Shown: in pieces, positions 12,666-25,929 of the stretch
Layout: the number at the start of each line of letters is the position of its first letter
Numbering within the stretch: the first letter of the stretch is position 1
Source: the human T2T-CHM13v2.0 reference genome, Homo sapiens
Length of the DNA: 64,000 nucleotides
Direction: 5' to 3' (one strand)
Assembly (NCBI RefSeq): GCF_009914755.1
Contig: NC_060932.1
Translations under genes and position numbers: made by a program
The notes under the pieces: generated by a model
Seen by the model: only the letters and a program-made list of their open reading frames with translations
What the model was told of the DNA's origin: nothing
The model's database searches: none

Positions 12666-14594
12666 TGAAAAATGAATTTTATTTGTTTATCTGGCAGGTC
12701 ACAAGAGACATTAACAAAATAAATGGAGTTAGTTGCTTTTTGTGTTTTTGTTTTGTTAGTCACCCAACAGGATTTTTTAAGTCGCAGGTAACAGTTTGCA
12801 GTAGGGTAGTAACGTTTTAGGATTTTTCTGTAGTGAATTCACTGCCTAAGATTTTCTCATCCTATCTTCACTGTGAACCCCCAGACTGCATGTCTGTCAC
12901 CTGTTTTAATTTTGACAAAGAAAAAGGGAAAACAGAGGAAGTTAAAAAAAGGAGGGGGATTAAAAAAAAATCTATGAATCTATGACACAAACAACCCATA
13001 GTTAATTGCAAAAGTAACTAATACTTATATTACATGATTAATAAAAATCCAGTTACCTGTAAAAATGTTAGGTTTAACCACTATGATTTGTATCCAGTCA
13101 ATAATTAAAAATAAACCCTAATTTATAATCTTACTACGTTCTTCCTTAATGTGGTGCTGTGCAAGTCATGGTAGTGGAATCGCTTTCTCTTTATGCATAA
13201 GTGGGGTACTTGTTGGCAATGTGCCTCTGGAGAGCATGATGCTCCACCAGCTATTGTGAGGCAACACCCAGGTATCAATTCAATAGCTGATTTTGGAATG
13301 GAATTTGCCTTCAGGTAGTTGACTTTTACAAATACTTAAGAAGTTTAATAACTGCCATTTCACTTGTTTTACTCAGCATTTTTGTGTTGTAGAAAATCAA
13401 ATTCTGAACTTCCCCTGATCAGGACCCAAATACAGTAGTAGATTTCTATCTTCTCTTCCTCTGCACACTAGACACCATGACAAAGGGAATCTCCCCAGAA
13501 ATTCTGCCAGGACCAGTTTCCAGTGAGGATAAGAGCATGCATGGGCACAGCAAAGCCAACTCAGAGGACGAGTTTCAGCCTGCTGCTCTGAGTGCCTCCG
13601 CCCAGACAACTGCTGCAACTCGGAACCCATCAAATACATATGAGCTCGTGTGGACAGATGGAAAACCCATTAGGAAGTACAGCCAACTGTGTGTTACCAC
13701 ATTTCTGGGAAAGAAACCACATTTGGTGCAGGAGCAGTGCAAAATCACTAAGGTCAGCACCTTTAAATCAACAGAATGTCTAACCTCTTTCAAGCTATCA
13801 CACAAGTAAAGCTATTTGGTTAGCTAAAGACTTTGCCCTACAGAAAAATACATGGGCTAGGGCTAGACCAAAGACCCAAACCCACCAATGACATCATGTA
13901 CTTTTCTGTAGCTGTCTAATTTTTCTTAAAATTGTGGTACAGACAACTTACTTCATAAGAATACAACTGTTAGCTATTATAAAGTAACTTATGAGCAAAA
14001 TGTAATTATACCTCAATAAAGTGGGGAGAAAGTACAATTACAAAGCTTAAAAGCCATCTTCTAAGAAATCGTTGGTTAGCCATACTTTTTTTAAGTTAAC
14101 TCAGCATGTCTTTTTGTGTGTGACAGAAAAGCATACCTACTTTTTTGACATTTTTCTTGGACTATGGGTGACAGGAAGGAGAGAACTCTCCCGTCTTCCA
14201 CAGTCCTGCGTCCACGCAAGCCACTCCCCTCATGGGCCACTGAATACACGCTGCAGGACAAGGGACAGCTAAAACAGCAGCTGAGAAAGTAGACTTGCCT
14301 CTATTGCTGAGTTTTCTTTTGTAGTTTTCCTTTGTTTGGTATTTTAGAATCATTTTGCCACTGTTTTACCACCAAAGGTTGGCATCTACTTGTTTTTTCC
14401 ACAAATTAGGATCACCAAGCTCTTCTCAATTTTACTTTGAGGGTAATCTTAAGGTAATTTCTAACTGAAATGTTTAATGTAAAATTTGCTTAAATGTCCA
14501 TGTGGGGATGTGTGCAAGCTGTATGCTGACCACACGCTGATGTAAACTGAGACCTAGTTCTGGGGAGGATGTTAGCTTATATATATATATATAT

Positions 14595-17400
14595 ATGGGA
14601 TTTTAGAGTTATGAGCCAGGAACCATGGATGAAAACCAATATATATGTATCATAATACCACCAGCCACTGATGGGGACAGTCCTTTAGTCCCTTCATGTT
14701 GAGTGTTAACACATACTTGTGAAGGCATGTAAACCAGCCCTTCATTTTATCTCCCCATTCTAGACAACCGATGTTCTAATTAGTTGTTCTACTTCTCTAT
14801 TACTAAACGTTTACTCTAAACTATCAGGCCACCCCCTGGTTTTCAAACACAGATCCCTTTCATCAAAAGAATATACAGGCCAGGCATGGTGGCTTACACC
14901 TGTAATTCCAGCACTTTCGGAGGCAGAGGTAGTAGGATCACTTGAGACCAGGAGTTTGAGACCAGCCTAGGCAACATAGCAAGACCTTGTCTCTACAGAA
15001 AAATAATTTTTACAAAAGGACATACAATTCAAAAGATATCGCCTTATTACTAGAATCCCACACAGTCATTAATAATTAGTCCAGTCCATCATTGTGTATG
15101 AATGTCTCCCAGAGTAAAGTCACTCAGGTTTGCAGGTTTCCTCTCAATCTTATCAGGTGCCAAAAACAGGAGTGGTCTTGGCACCTAGCCTCACCCTTTG
15201 AGGCATCTGGAATAACTGAGCTGAGACATCATGTCATCTTTTGCTCTGAGACTCTTTTGAGGTATTAATGTAATATTGAATTTCCTTCCATTAATAACCT
15301 TTTTTTTTCTTTACTCTCAGCTACTTTTTCTCCTTCTCTCCATTAATACTCAAACTTTTTCACCTTTGGAAGGGACATTAGAATTGCCACTGTGCTGGTC
15401 TAGATTGTGGGCAGCAATACTAGTCTAGCAAGTAGCTCCTCCTCAATCCACCGCCATTCAGATAGGGTAAGGTTACACAGGTGCAGAACTAGTGAGCTAG
15501 TTTTGCCACCAGAGAACATAGCTGCATTCACTCTTGATCCCAATTTCTTAGATGGGGTGAAGGCACAACCCGCCCCCATTATCCCCTTAGGAATTCAGAT
15601 ACAAAGTTTAAAAATGTAGTTACAGCTTCTTGCTTAGAAATCATCCTTGCTTCCAGCACTTGTAGTTGTAGCCCTGGTCCTAGGATCATTGCATCAGGTA
15701 GAGGAGAGAAAAAAAAATTGAGGTTGTTTGGGGAAGAGAGAGAAAATTATAGTCATTATACTAGTGTACTCCTCCCTTGGCAAGAATTGCATAGTCATAT
15801 CAGCATCCTCCCCAATCCCTCTTCCCAAATCAACCAAAAAAAAAAAAAAAAAAACAAACAAAGAAAACACAAAAATCTAGTGGGGACACTCCTTTAGTCC
15901 CATTCATGTTGAGTGTTAGCACCTACCTGTGAAGGTGTGTAAGCCAGCCCTTCATAATTTATCTCCCTGTTCTAGACAACCAATGTTTTATACTCCTTCT
16001 ACTTCTCTATTACTAAACTATTACTCTAAGGAGGTATCTCTCTGCCCATTGTTGGATATTATGGCTTATACATTGTTCCTTGGTCTGAAGAAATGACAGT
16101 TTTCTGTACAAATCCATGCAAGTCTTCAGTTCTTGTTTTTTTATGGTGCTCTGAGCATTTTCATCTTCCACTAAGGAAGCAAAGCCCAGTCCACAGTCAG
16201 TGTCTAATTCCTGTCAAGACCAATGTGTAGCCCCCCCAGGGCTACCAGCATCAGTTTCACTTGCCAGCTCTGGTCAGGGCCTTCCCACCAGGCAATCTGC
16301 CCCATAGCCACTGGAAGTTTCTGTCTCTCTTGCTGACAAACAGGACAGTTCTTATTGGCATTCTGTGCCTGCAAAGATGCAAAAGGAACATGTTTAGATT
16401 CATCCCATCTCTGCACTGCTGCAGTATTCCTATATCCACTCACTTCATGGACCAGGTGATGACCACAAGGGCAGACATGGAGATAACTGCTTGTCTATTC
16501 CAGTCACCTTCTCAGCCTGGGGAGGAAGTTCTTCTGATGGGCATTGACTTATTCTCCTTTAATGCACCCCTCAAATTTCTATAGGGCTATGCACCATATG
16601 GACATTCCTTTAATAGATCAGATTTCCATAGTCCTCTTGCCTGAGTGTATGGCCAGGCCATTGGTCACTGCTCACGAATCAGTAAAAACCCAAACATGGA
16701 GGCTTCTACTACTGTTCAGTTCTTCCATTACTGTAAGAAAGACAGCATGCAGTTCAGCCCCCTCAGCTAATCTGTTTTTACCTTCTTTGATCAAAGCAGC
16801 AGCCTTCCAAACAGGAGGATGTTGTCCATTCACTTTGGAAATGCTTTCTGTAAACAGAGCAGCTCCTTATTGGTCAATCAAGAGCTGTTCACAGTGCACT
16901 GTCCAAGTGTCTATAGAAACCAGCAGCACCTTACAGTCTGTGTCAGTCCTGGGGGTAAAGAGGCTCCCTGCTCATGAATATCTCCTTCTTGCATTCCCCA
17001 GGTGGCATGATCCCCTAGAAACAATTTCCATTTTATTGGGGAACTCTTCTGGGCACTGCCACTCCCTGTAGCATGTTTCTCTGCTGTCAGCTCTTCAATC
17101 AAAGCCTGCACATGCTTCCCTCCATAGGGCCCAAAGGGGCTCGGTGGGGCCTGACCACAATTTAATCACCTCTGTCCAATAGTTATTCTCATTATGATTT
17201 GTGTGAAATTTTCAAACTCAGTTGTGTTTGCCTGTGGGCAAATTGTTTATGCCAGTTATTTTAGGAGTATAAACAGCAGTAAAATCTCATATGAATGTCT
17301 AGAAGTGGAAAGAAGTGATGGTGGATATAGACATTGCAGGAGAAAATGTGGTTGCCTGGGGACCATTTTTGCAGGGATATGAGGAGTGGACAAAGGCATA
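14595..17400 (-). mobile_element. Decayed ERV-L internal region (MER21-int-like) with the start of a MER21-like 3' LTR at about 14595-14661
   Basis: Minus-strand translation gives RNase H (AELHAVFL...VFTDS*AVTNGLA, about 16500-16890), integrase Zn finger (CPVCQQER...GP.QSWQV, 16204-16443) and a post-integrase dUTPase-like segment (about 15400-15595), all with stops or frameshifts. LTR start resembles MER21. Confidence 0.8.
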
Positions 17401-18254
17401 GGCTGGTAATTGGCAAAGCCATGTCACACCCCTTAGGATTAGCAGTTACTGAAGGATATCAACAGTCACCTACCTGATAAAGCCACGCACCAGCTGATGG
17501 CTTCTCCAGTGCTGGGGCGGCTGTGCCGGTGGCAGGGACTACCGCAGAGTGAGGTCCTCACCTCCTGGAGTGATGAGGGGGTCTCACTCGCCATCTTCTC
17601 CCAGCACCTGCAGCTGGGGAGCTCACTCTGGCAGCTGAAGTTCTGACTTTTTACGCAATGATCAAGTGTTTTGATCCAGAAGTGATTTAAACTCCTAAAT
17701 TCCTAGATAAAACTAGGCCCAGTAATCCCCCAAAAAGGCTAATAGCTCCTTCTTCTCTCACATAACTACTAAGAAATGTATCATTTTACAAAATAAGTTT
17801 TGAATTTTGTTTCAATTTTTGTTTTATCATGTGCTACCCTAGTTCCTTTATTCTTCATGTTATATTTATATACTGTGGAATGCATGTCATCAATTGTATT
17901 TTTCTTCTCATATTCTGACACTGATGATAATCTCAATGTTTGGAAAAAAAACTATTAAATAAAATGCTTCTGTTTTTGTGCATCCTCAAAGGATAAACTG
18001 CTCTACATATACTGTAGAGATGCTGCATTAGGATATACATATATTTCTGATCCATCCCACTTCTTAGCTTTATCTCCTAACTACTCCCTTAACCTAAAAC
18101 TTCGCTAGCACAGAACAAGTTTACTCATTTTTCTACAATGCCACATTTAATCTCCCATCTGTAACTATCCTTCCCTTTCTCTAGGGTGCCCCACCTTTGC
18201 TCACATGGCTCTACTCTTTCTTCAAAGTCCCTCTTCCCCTTGGGGCTTTCCTGA

Positions 18255-18434
<180 letters not shown>

Positions 18435-18899
18435 TAGCACACTTTTGACACCAACCACATGTTGTCTGGGATTACTCTCTTACATATCAAGTTGAAACAT
18501 GAAATTGTCAACATAAAACTATTTTTGGCCTACAAAGACAGCAATTATATATGGTTCAATTTATGTGTCTTCTTACTCCAAATACAATTTGTTGCATTCT
18601 TGTTTTCTCTGATAGCCTCTTCCATTGTGTAGGTGTTTGCTATTAAAAAGAGATAGAGCTTGACTACTCTTAAATTGGCAAAATAGTAGATAAACTTCCA
18701 TTTTAATCTGAAGAGGATCCTAGTCCATTAACACATTCACTTAGGATGATTTGAGATGTTTGTGAGTCTCTGCAAAAATATCCTACTACAGCCTAAAATT
18801 TAAATATAAAAACTTCCAGTACTAGGAGTTACAGCTATAGGCATATGTTTATAAATATTATAGAATTTTTAATAGATTCTATATTTCAAAAAGATTATT

Positions 18900-19903
18900 C
18901 ACAGAATTTTAATCAACAAATTTTATATTCACTGGAATTATTTTGTATTAATTATATAATTAGGTATACAACCCAGTTAGAACATTAGAATATTGTACTT
19001 TTTCTAATTACACTATACAGATTCCTCTGATCATCTCCCTTATTGTGGTCTTAATTCTACACATAATTACATTAATTACCATGAGAGAAATGAAGCTAGA
19101 TAAGGAAAAACCTTGTGAGAAAGTATACATATTTTTAAAGCTAAGAGAATTATAAGGTATCTGATATCAGGTGCAGAGCCTTATTGCTTTCCAAATTAAA
19201 ACATTCCAAATAGCATGTTGATTATTGAACTGCCTTCAGTACTCTAAGGACAGAATAAAATTATAACAATGGTCAAGCAGAGAACAGGGCAGCGTTTCAC
19301 TTTGAGTACATCCATATTGGTAGGCTCAGACTTATGTGAGGAAAGAGATCAGTATTTCATCACCTCCTTGCTCTAGTTCTGTGTGGATAGATCAGAGAAC
19401 CCAGGTTTCTTTTTCAGTGATTCCATTTCTCAGAGCCCTATTCTCCTCCGTTGAAGAGTCACATCTTTAGAAATCGATCCAAAATATCTTTATGATATTT
19501 TATGAGACTTTCATTTATGTAAATTCAAAACACATAAAAGACTTCATGAAGCCATATAAAGATCTATTTTAGAGAAAAAATAGAATGAGTTTTATATGAG
19601 TTGATTTGAATTTGCCACTTGTCATTTATGAGACATTAAAAACAAACTCTATACTGTCATGACGAAGTGCAAAAATAAAATAAAAACTAACTCTATAACT
19701 TGGTTCTTTTTTTTTTTCTAATCTTGAGATTTCCATAGAGTGCTGTGGTATAATACCTTGATGAATACAGTCCATGTTAATGCCAAAAAAATGGGAAGAG
19801 GTCAAATTTCCTCCACTGATGGTAGGTAGCCCACCTGAATCCCCAAGTTCTTTCACTGTCTTGAGATAGCCTCCAAGGATATTTTAAAATATGAGAGCTT
19901 TCT
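18900..19903 (-). other. SNX31: SNX31 3' UTR (AU-rich, about 1 kb; 3' end approximate)
   Basis: Repeat-poor AU-rich sequence after the stop codon. Candidate non-canonical poly(A) signals on the minus strand: AATACA (18944-18949) and ATTAAA (18908-18913). The cleavage site cannot be fixed from sequence alone. Confidence 0.55.
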
Positions 19904-19999
19904 TCAGAGATCTTCTTCCTTTATGTTCCCAAAAACGCAGTCACCTTTAGCTATCTTAATCTTGCTTTTTCTTGATAGAAAACTAGAATAGTCTTTCTG
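19904..19999 (-). CDS. SNX31: SNX31 last coding exon, QKDYSSFLSRKSKIKIAKGDCVFGNIKEEDL*
   Basis: cag|CAG (NAGNAG) acceptor; TGA at 19906-19904; C-terminal IxxEDL motif as in SNX17 (IGDEDL). Confidence 0.95.
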   Translation of the reverse strand, partial: QKDYSSFLSRKSKIKIAKGDCVFGNIKEEDL

Positions 20000-20390
20000 C
20001 TGTGAAGTAAACAGAGAGGTCAGAAATGTAAATGAAAGGAAATCATTTCCATAACAATAACAAAGTCACAGAGGTTAAAACAGTATTGAAAGGGCAACAG
20101 AAAGCTTACATTTGTATAAGCAATGGTTATTTTAAACAGTTTTATTCTGTAGAAGCTTTATTTTGGGGTGAGTGTAAATACACTCGTTAGGACTGAGAAG
20201 AGCACCGCCTACTGGTTTTATGTGTCCTCTGCATCTTTCAGGGCCCTGGGATATCACCCAGGTTAACATTTAACTCTACCTGTCTTGCCTCTTTCCCCTC
20301 TTAAAGCCATGCGACTTTCAATTTTTAACTTTGCCCAAAATCTTTAGTGCACATTCCACACAAATACAAACTTTAAAAAAGAGGCTGGGC

Positions 20391-20990
<600 letters not shown>

Positions 20991-21189
20991 TTATGCTTAT
21001 TTTAAAACATTTTAGAGGTTAGGGTTACCGCAAATCTTTAAAGAGTAATTTGCCTTCAGTACTTATGAAATCTCAAAGACACGGTTATGGAAAGTGGAAA
21101 GTGAAAAAAAAAATGTGGAGCCCCTCAGTGGGCAGATGGGCTACAACTTTTTTTCTACGAGGGATTTGTTTTGATAGAGGGGCCTCACT

Positions 21190-21968
21190 GCCAAGTGGTT
21201 AAAGCAACAAACTAATTTTATTTGTTAAACAACAAATAAAGACTGCTTGGGTTCAAATACTGGCTCTGATATTAACTGACTGTGTGACCTTGAGCAAGTG
21301 ACTTAACCTTTCTGTGTTTCAGTTCTCTGTGCAGTAAGCCAAGGATAATAACAGTGCTTTGGTTGTTTATTGGGATTAAACGAGTTATACATAAAAAGTA
21401 ATTATAGCAGTTCATGGCTCAGGATAAGGTCTATACAACAGTTTGCAAAATAAATTAAAACTCAATATAGTTGGACACTAGGTCTCTTTCCGACCTGCTG
21501 GTCCTACTCACAGCATGAGATAGGTTGGCCTGTATTAGAGTTACCACTCATCCGAGAGGACAACTGAACTGATCACAGTTGTGCTGAGTGTTATCTGTTG
21601 TCCTAGGACAGTGGCTCTCAAACTTGAACATGCATCAGATTTGTCTGGTGGGCGTGTTAAAGAGATTGCTGCGGCCTTCCCCCAGAGCTGCTGATCCAGT
21701 AGGTTTGGGGCCTGAGAATTTGAATTTCTAATAAGATCCACGTGATACAGATGCTGTTGGTCCAGGGACCACACACTGAGAACTGGTGTTCTAGGATAAT
21801 GGTTCCAATTCTGGTTGTATAATAGGACCACTTGGGGAGCTTTTAAAAATTCCATTGCCCAGGCCCCTCAGACCAATTAAATCCAAATTTCTGAGGGTGG
21901 GGCTCAAGCATTAGTTTTTAGAGCTCCCCAGGTGATTCCAATGTGCAGCCAAAGTTGAGAACCACAGC
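21190..21968. mobile_element. MIR (about 21190-21450) followed by two MER5-like MITEs (about 21610-21790 and 21800-21968)
   Basis: MIR core tgtgtgaccttgagcaagtgacttaacc; MER5 termini cagtggctctcaaacttg...gagaactg. Confidence 0.7.
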
Positions 21969-23059
21969 TCCATGCTGTCGGCATGCTGCTAAAAATGGGT
22001 GCATTAAAATGATGAAGTGATTGCCATCTACATTTTACAGACAAAGATATGGAAGTGCAGTATCAGAGTCCCTAATGAAGTTAGGTTTTGGATCTGCCTA
22101 ATGACACATAGCCAGTAAGCAGTGGAGTTCCTATCTCGTCTCTCTGTCCAACCAGCCAGAAGTGCTGTGATTATGAAGGAGAATGCTTTTATGCATTTCT
22201 GCTAGTTTATTTTCCCTGACTGTATTCATTCAAGAAAGGACTTTATATACTTACATATTTATAAATACTGTACATATATACTAAGGATGTTTACATACAC
22301 ACCAGTTCTGTGACAGGTGCTGGATCAAGAAGAAATCCCATTCAAATGCTACTTAGAAGTCACTTTTCTTTCATTCACCTACACTAGGATTTGGACTTAG
22401 AAAGGAAGAGTTAGCAAGGGCACAGTTAGTTAAGGGCATAGTTCCAGGGTCAGACTGCCTGCTTCTTTCCATCTTTGACTGCTGTGCAACCTTGGGCAGG
22501 TCACAAAACCTCTCTGTGCACTAATTTCCTCAACTTATTTATAGGGCTGTGAAGGAATGTGTTAATTCACATAAAAGTGCTTAGAATACTGCCTGGCAAT
22601 AATGAGTGCTCAAAAATGTCATTGATTGTGATTTTTTCTATTATTATCTGCACAGCAGATCTAAATGCTCAAAAAGTATTTTGTAAACTTAAAAGTTGCT
22701 TTATACAGAGTATACTGCAGAAAACTATGAGACCAAAATATACTAGATATGTAACATATACAAATTAGAAAGAGAGTTGCCTCCAAAAAGTGCAAGGGGT
22801 GTACAAAAAAATCACCAAATAATTTTGTGTTTCTCTTGGAAATTTTCTATGTAAAAATTCTTGGTAGTGCTATGGGGTGCTACAATAAAAATACTATACT
22901 TCTGTGATGGCCTTCCAATTGGCCCAATCTACAAAGAGGAGCTTCTGAGAAACATAATTCTGACTTATTATTGAAAGTGAGATGACTTTGGTTAAAGAGG
23001 AAAAAAGATCAGATTTATCAAAATTATAATGTACCAATTACATAATTTTACTCACAGAC

Positions 23060-23116
23060 CTGGCTTTGTTGAATGTGGTATTTTTTACTTTTGCTTTGTT
23101 CCGGAACTTCAATCTG
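23060..23116 (-). CDS. SNX31: SNX31 penultimate coding exon, 57 nt, QIEVPEQSKSKKYHIQQSQ
   Basis: tag|CAG (NAGNAG) acceptor and CAG|gtctgt donor; keeps frame with the last exon. Confidence 0.9.
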
Positions 23117-23956
23117 CTAGATAGATTAGTGAAATGTCAGTCAGCTCAGCCCAGAGAAGCAAGCACACAAACAATCTATTTAACTAGCACACTTTCCCTT
23201 CCACGATAATCCTCTTAATCGTCCCAAAGGCTGCCGGTCAGCAGGTACACCTGCTTGTCATCTGTGCATTCCTCTTTCACTTGTCAGGGTCTAAATGTTA
23301 CAGAAATAGAGTCCCCAAAAGTTAAGTAAAACTTAATGTTTCACATTAGTGGTTGCCTATGGATTTTGTGATTGAAGAAAGCTTTTAAAAGAACATCACA
23401 CGAAATGAAATGTCCTTCTAAATCCTGAAATAATTCTTGGGGTTGCAATCCATATGCTGACTCAAAGCCCAGCGGGGCTTTGGTTAATCAAAAGCCACCA
23501 TTAATCAAACGAAGAATCAAAGCGAAGTTCAAGGCACTTGAATATACCTCATGTACATAAGGTAAACCCAATATACCAGCAGGAAACAGATGGTGCAATC
23601 TTGGGGTAATTGAGGAGAATTTTAGGAAGGAACCGTTTAACTATTTAATGGAGGTGTGGGCAGGATTACATTGAATGCATGAAGGGATGTTGGGGCCCCC
23701 AGGGGCTAGCAATGAGGGGGATTTCCAGAGGATTCTTACCACCTCTAGGCCTGAAGGGGCGAGGGAGCAGCTGGGGCTGGAACCAGAGAGTAGCTGTAGC
23801 TATAAGGAGGAGAGATTGCCTGACGGGAGCTGTATCCCTCAGTAGAGAGACATTCCAGCCCCAGAGACCCAGCAGGTTCCAACATGGAGAAATAAACACC
23901 CTACTCTCACTTTTCTCCCACCCTCCAATCTCCTGCTGGTTTCCCAATGAGTTATC

Positions 23957-24160
23957 CAGGGATGTCCAATCTTTTGGCTTTCCTGGACCACACTGGAAGA
24001 AGAGAATTGTCTTGGTCCCCATGTAATATAGCTAATGAGCTTTTTAAAAATCACAAAAAAACACTCAGTGTTTTAAGAAAGTTTATGAATTTGCATTAGG
24101 CCACATTCAGACATGTCCTGGGCTGCATGCAGCCCGCAGGCTGTGGGTTGGACAAGCTTG
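23957..24160 (+). mobile_element. MER30 MITE inserted in an old MLT1-like LTR (about 23560-24240)
   Basis: MER30 termini; roughly 8-bp TSD (g)agttatc(c) on both sides. Confidence 0.8.
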
Positions 24161-24674
24161 AGTTATCCCATTGAGGGTAAGGTTGTAGTACACAGTCTCC
24201 CAGGGCACAGAGCAGAGTGGGAGTGAATCTGGAAAGGCAGAGTGCCTGGCACACCTAGTAAACACCACCTAGCCAGGCTTTTGGGGGAAAGAGTTCTTAG
24301 ACTCTTCTTAATGGGAAAGAAAAGAACTGCTATGTGCGTTAGGTACATAACTCAAGCAAGTTGCAGTATTTATTTACCCTACAATTGTCAACGTCTCTGT
24401 ATTAATCGCCTTTCTCCTCCAACATATTAGCTCTTTGACTCTGGATCCTCAGGTTTAGCCATCACATGGTACACACAGGCATTCATAAATGACAGAATAA
24501 ACAAGTGACTTAATTGTTTATTATTGCTTACTTCTCATGAGAATATAGACGGAGACATTTAAAAATAAGTGGGCTAAATAACATGACACCGCAAAAAAGC
24601 ATTACCTTTCAACTATGGTTAACTTTGTTGTAAAATCAATTGCTTTAAGGAGGTATGCATAAGACTTCCTTTAG

Positions 24675-25112
<438 letters not shown>

Positions 25113-25929
25113 TGAGAAATTAACACTCTGATGTCTTATGTGTTCTGCTACTATTATTATTATTTTACAGTGTTACATTAGGGTCCATAAATAGTCTTGC
25201 AGCCATGAAATACAGAGCTTGGAGGAAAATTCTCAGAATTTTTCTGTCTCCTAGTCTCCTTCCCCTCCTGCTCCCTATGTCAAAGTAAATAAAATCGAAC
25301 CACTACAAATGTTAAGCAATTTCTGACATAATCAGTTTCCTTGACTTCTTGCAATAAGGCCTTCAATACTTTATGTACTAGGGGGAATAAAGCTGGGGAA
25401 ACAAGCAAATCTTTTTTCATAATGCAGTATTCCTATACTTCCTTTTTCATCAATAGAGTGGTTTCTGTTAATAACATAATCACTTATTCCTGCACAGTAA
25501 TTTCCCCCTGGCTGTCTAAAACTGTGTCCTCCTGCTATGCTCATACCATTCTCCTGACTGCCATACACAGTTTTTCCATTTTCTATATTGGACCAGCTCT
25601 TCAAAAGGCTAACATTCCTCAGATATCAGAGGCCACTGTCCTTGGTGTTTCCCCTCCTCACTATATAATAGAAACATGTTTAAAATTGCCAGTTGCCTTT
25701 TAAATAGTTTCACCTTGCCTAAAAGGAAAGAAGAATGGAGGGAAAAATACATCTGGTGATGGTAGTTGAGGATGGAGTAAGAGGTGTAAGGTAATCAGGA
25801 ATCAGAAAGCCATCTTGTTCTTCGCCATTTTTGAGGGAAACTAATTTTGAGATCAGATCTACTTTTAAGAAAAACAAAGGGAAAATATACAAACTAGGTA
25901 TAGATTATTAGAAATATAAATTGTTTCTT

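Noticed and set aside
16261-17071. Plus-strand ORFs of 107 and 175 aa
   Set aside because: Antisense to the decayed ERV-L pol frame; not independent genes.
20202-20215. CTCF-like CCAGTAGGCGGTGC on the minus strand near the last exon
   Set aside because: Two core mismatches; not supportable without ChIP data.
25341-25703. 120-aa plus-strand and 77-aa minus-strand ORFs in unique-looking intron sequence
   Set aside because: Both begin at non-ATG codons, with no convincing splice sites or recognisable homology.
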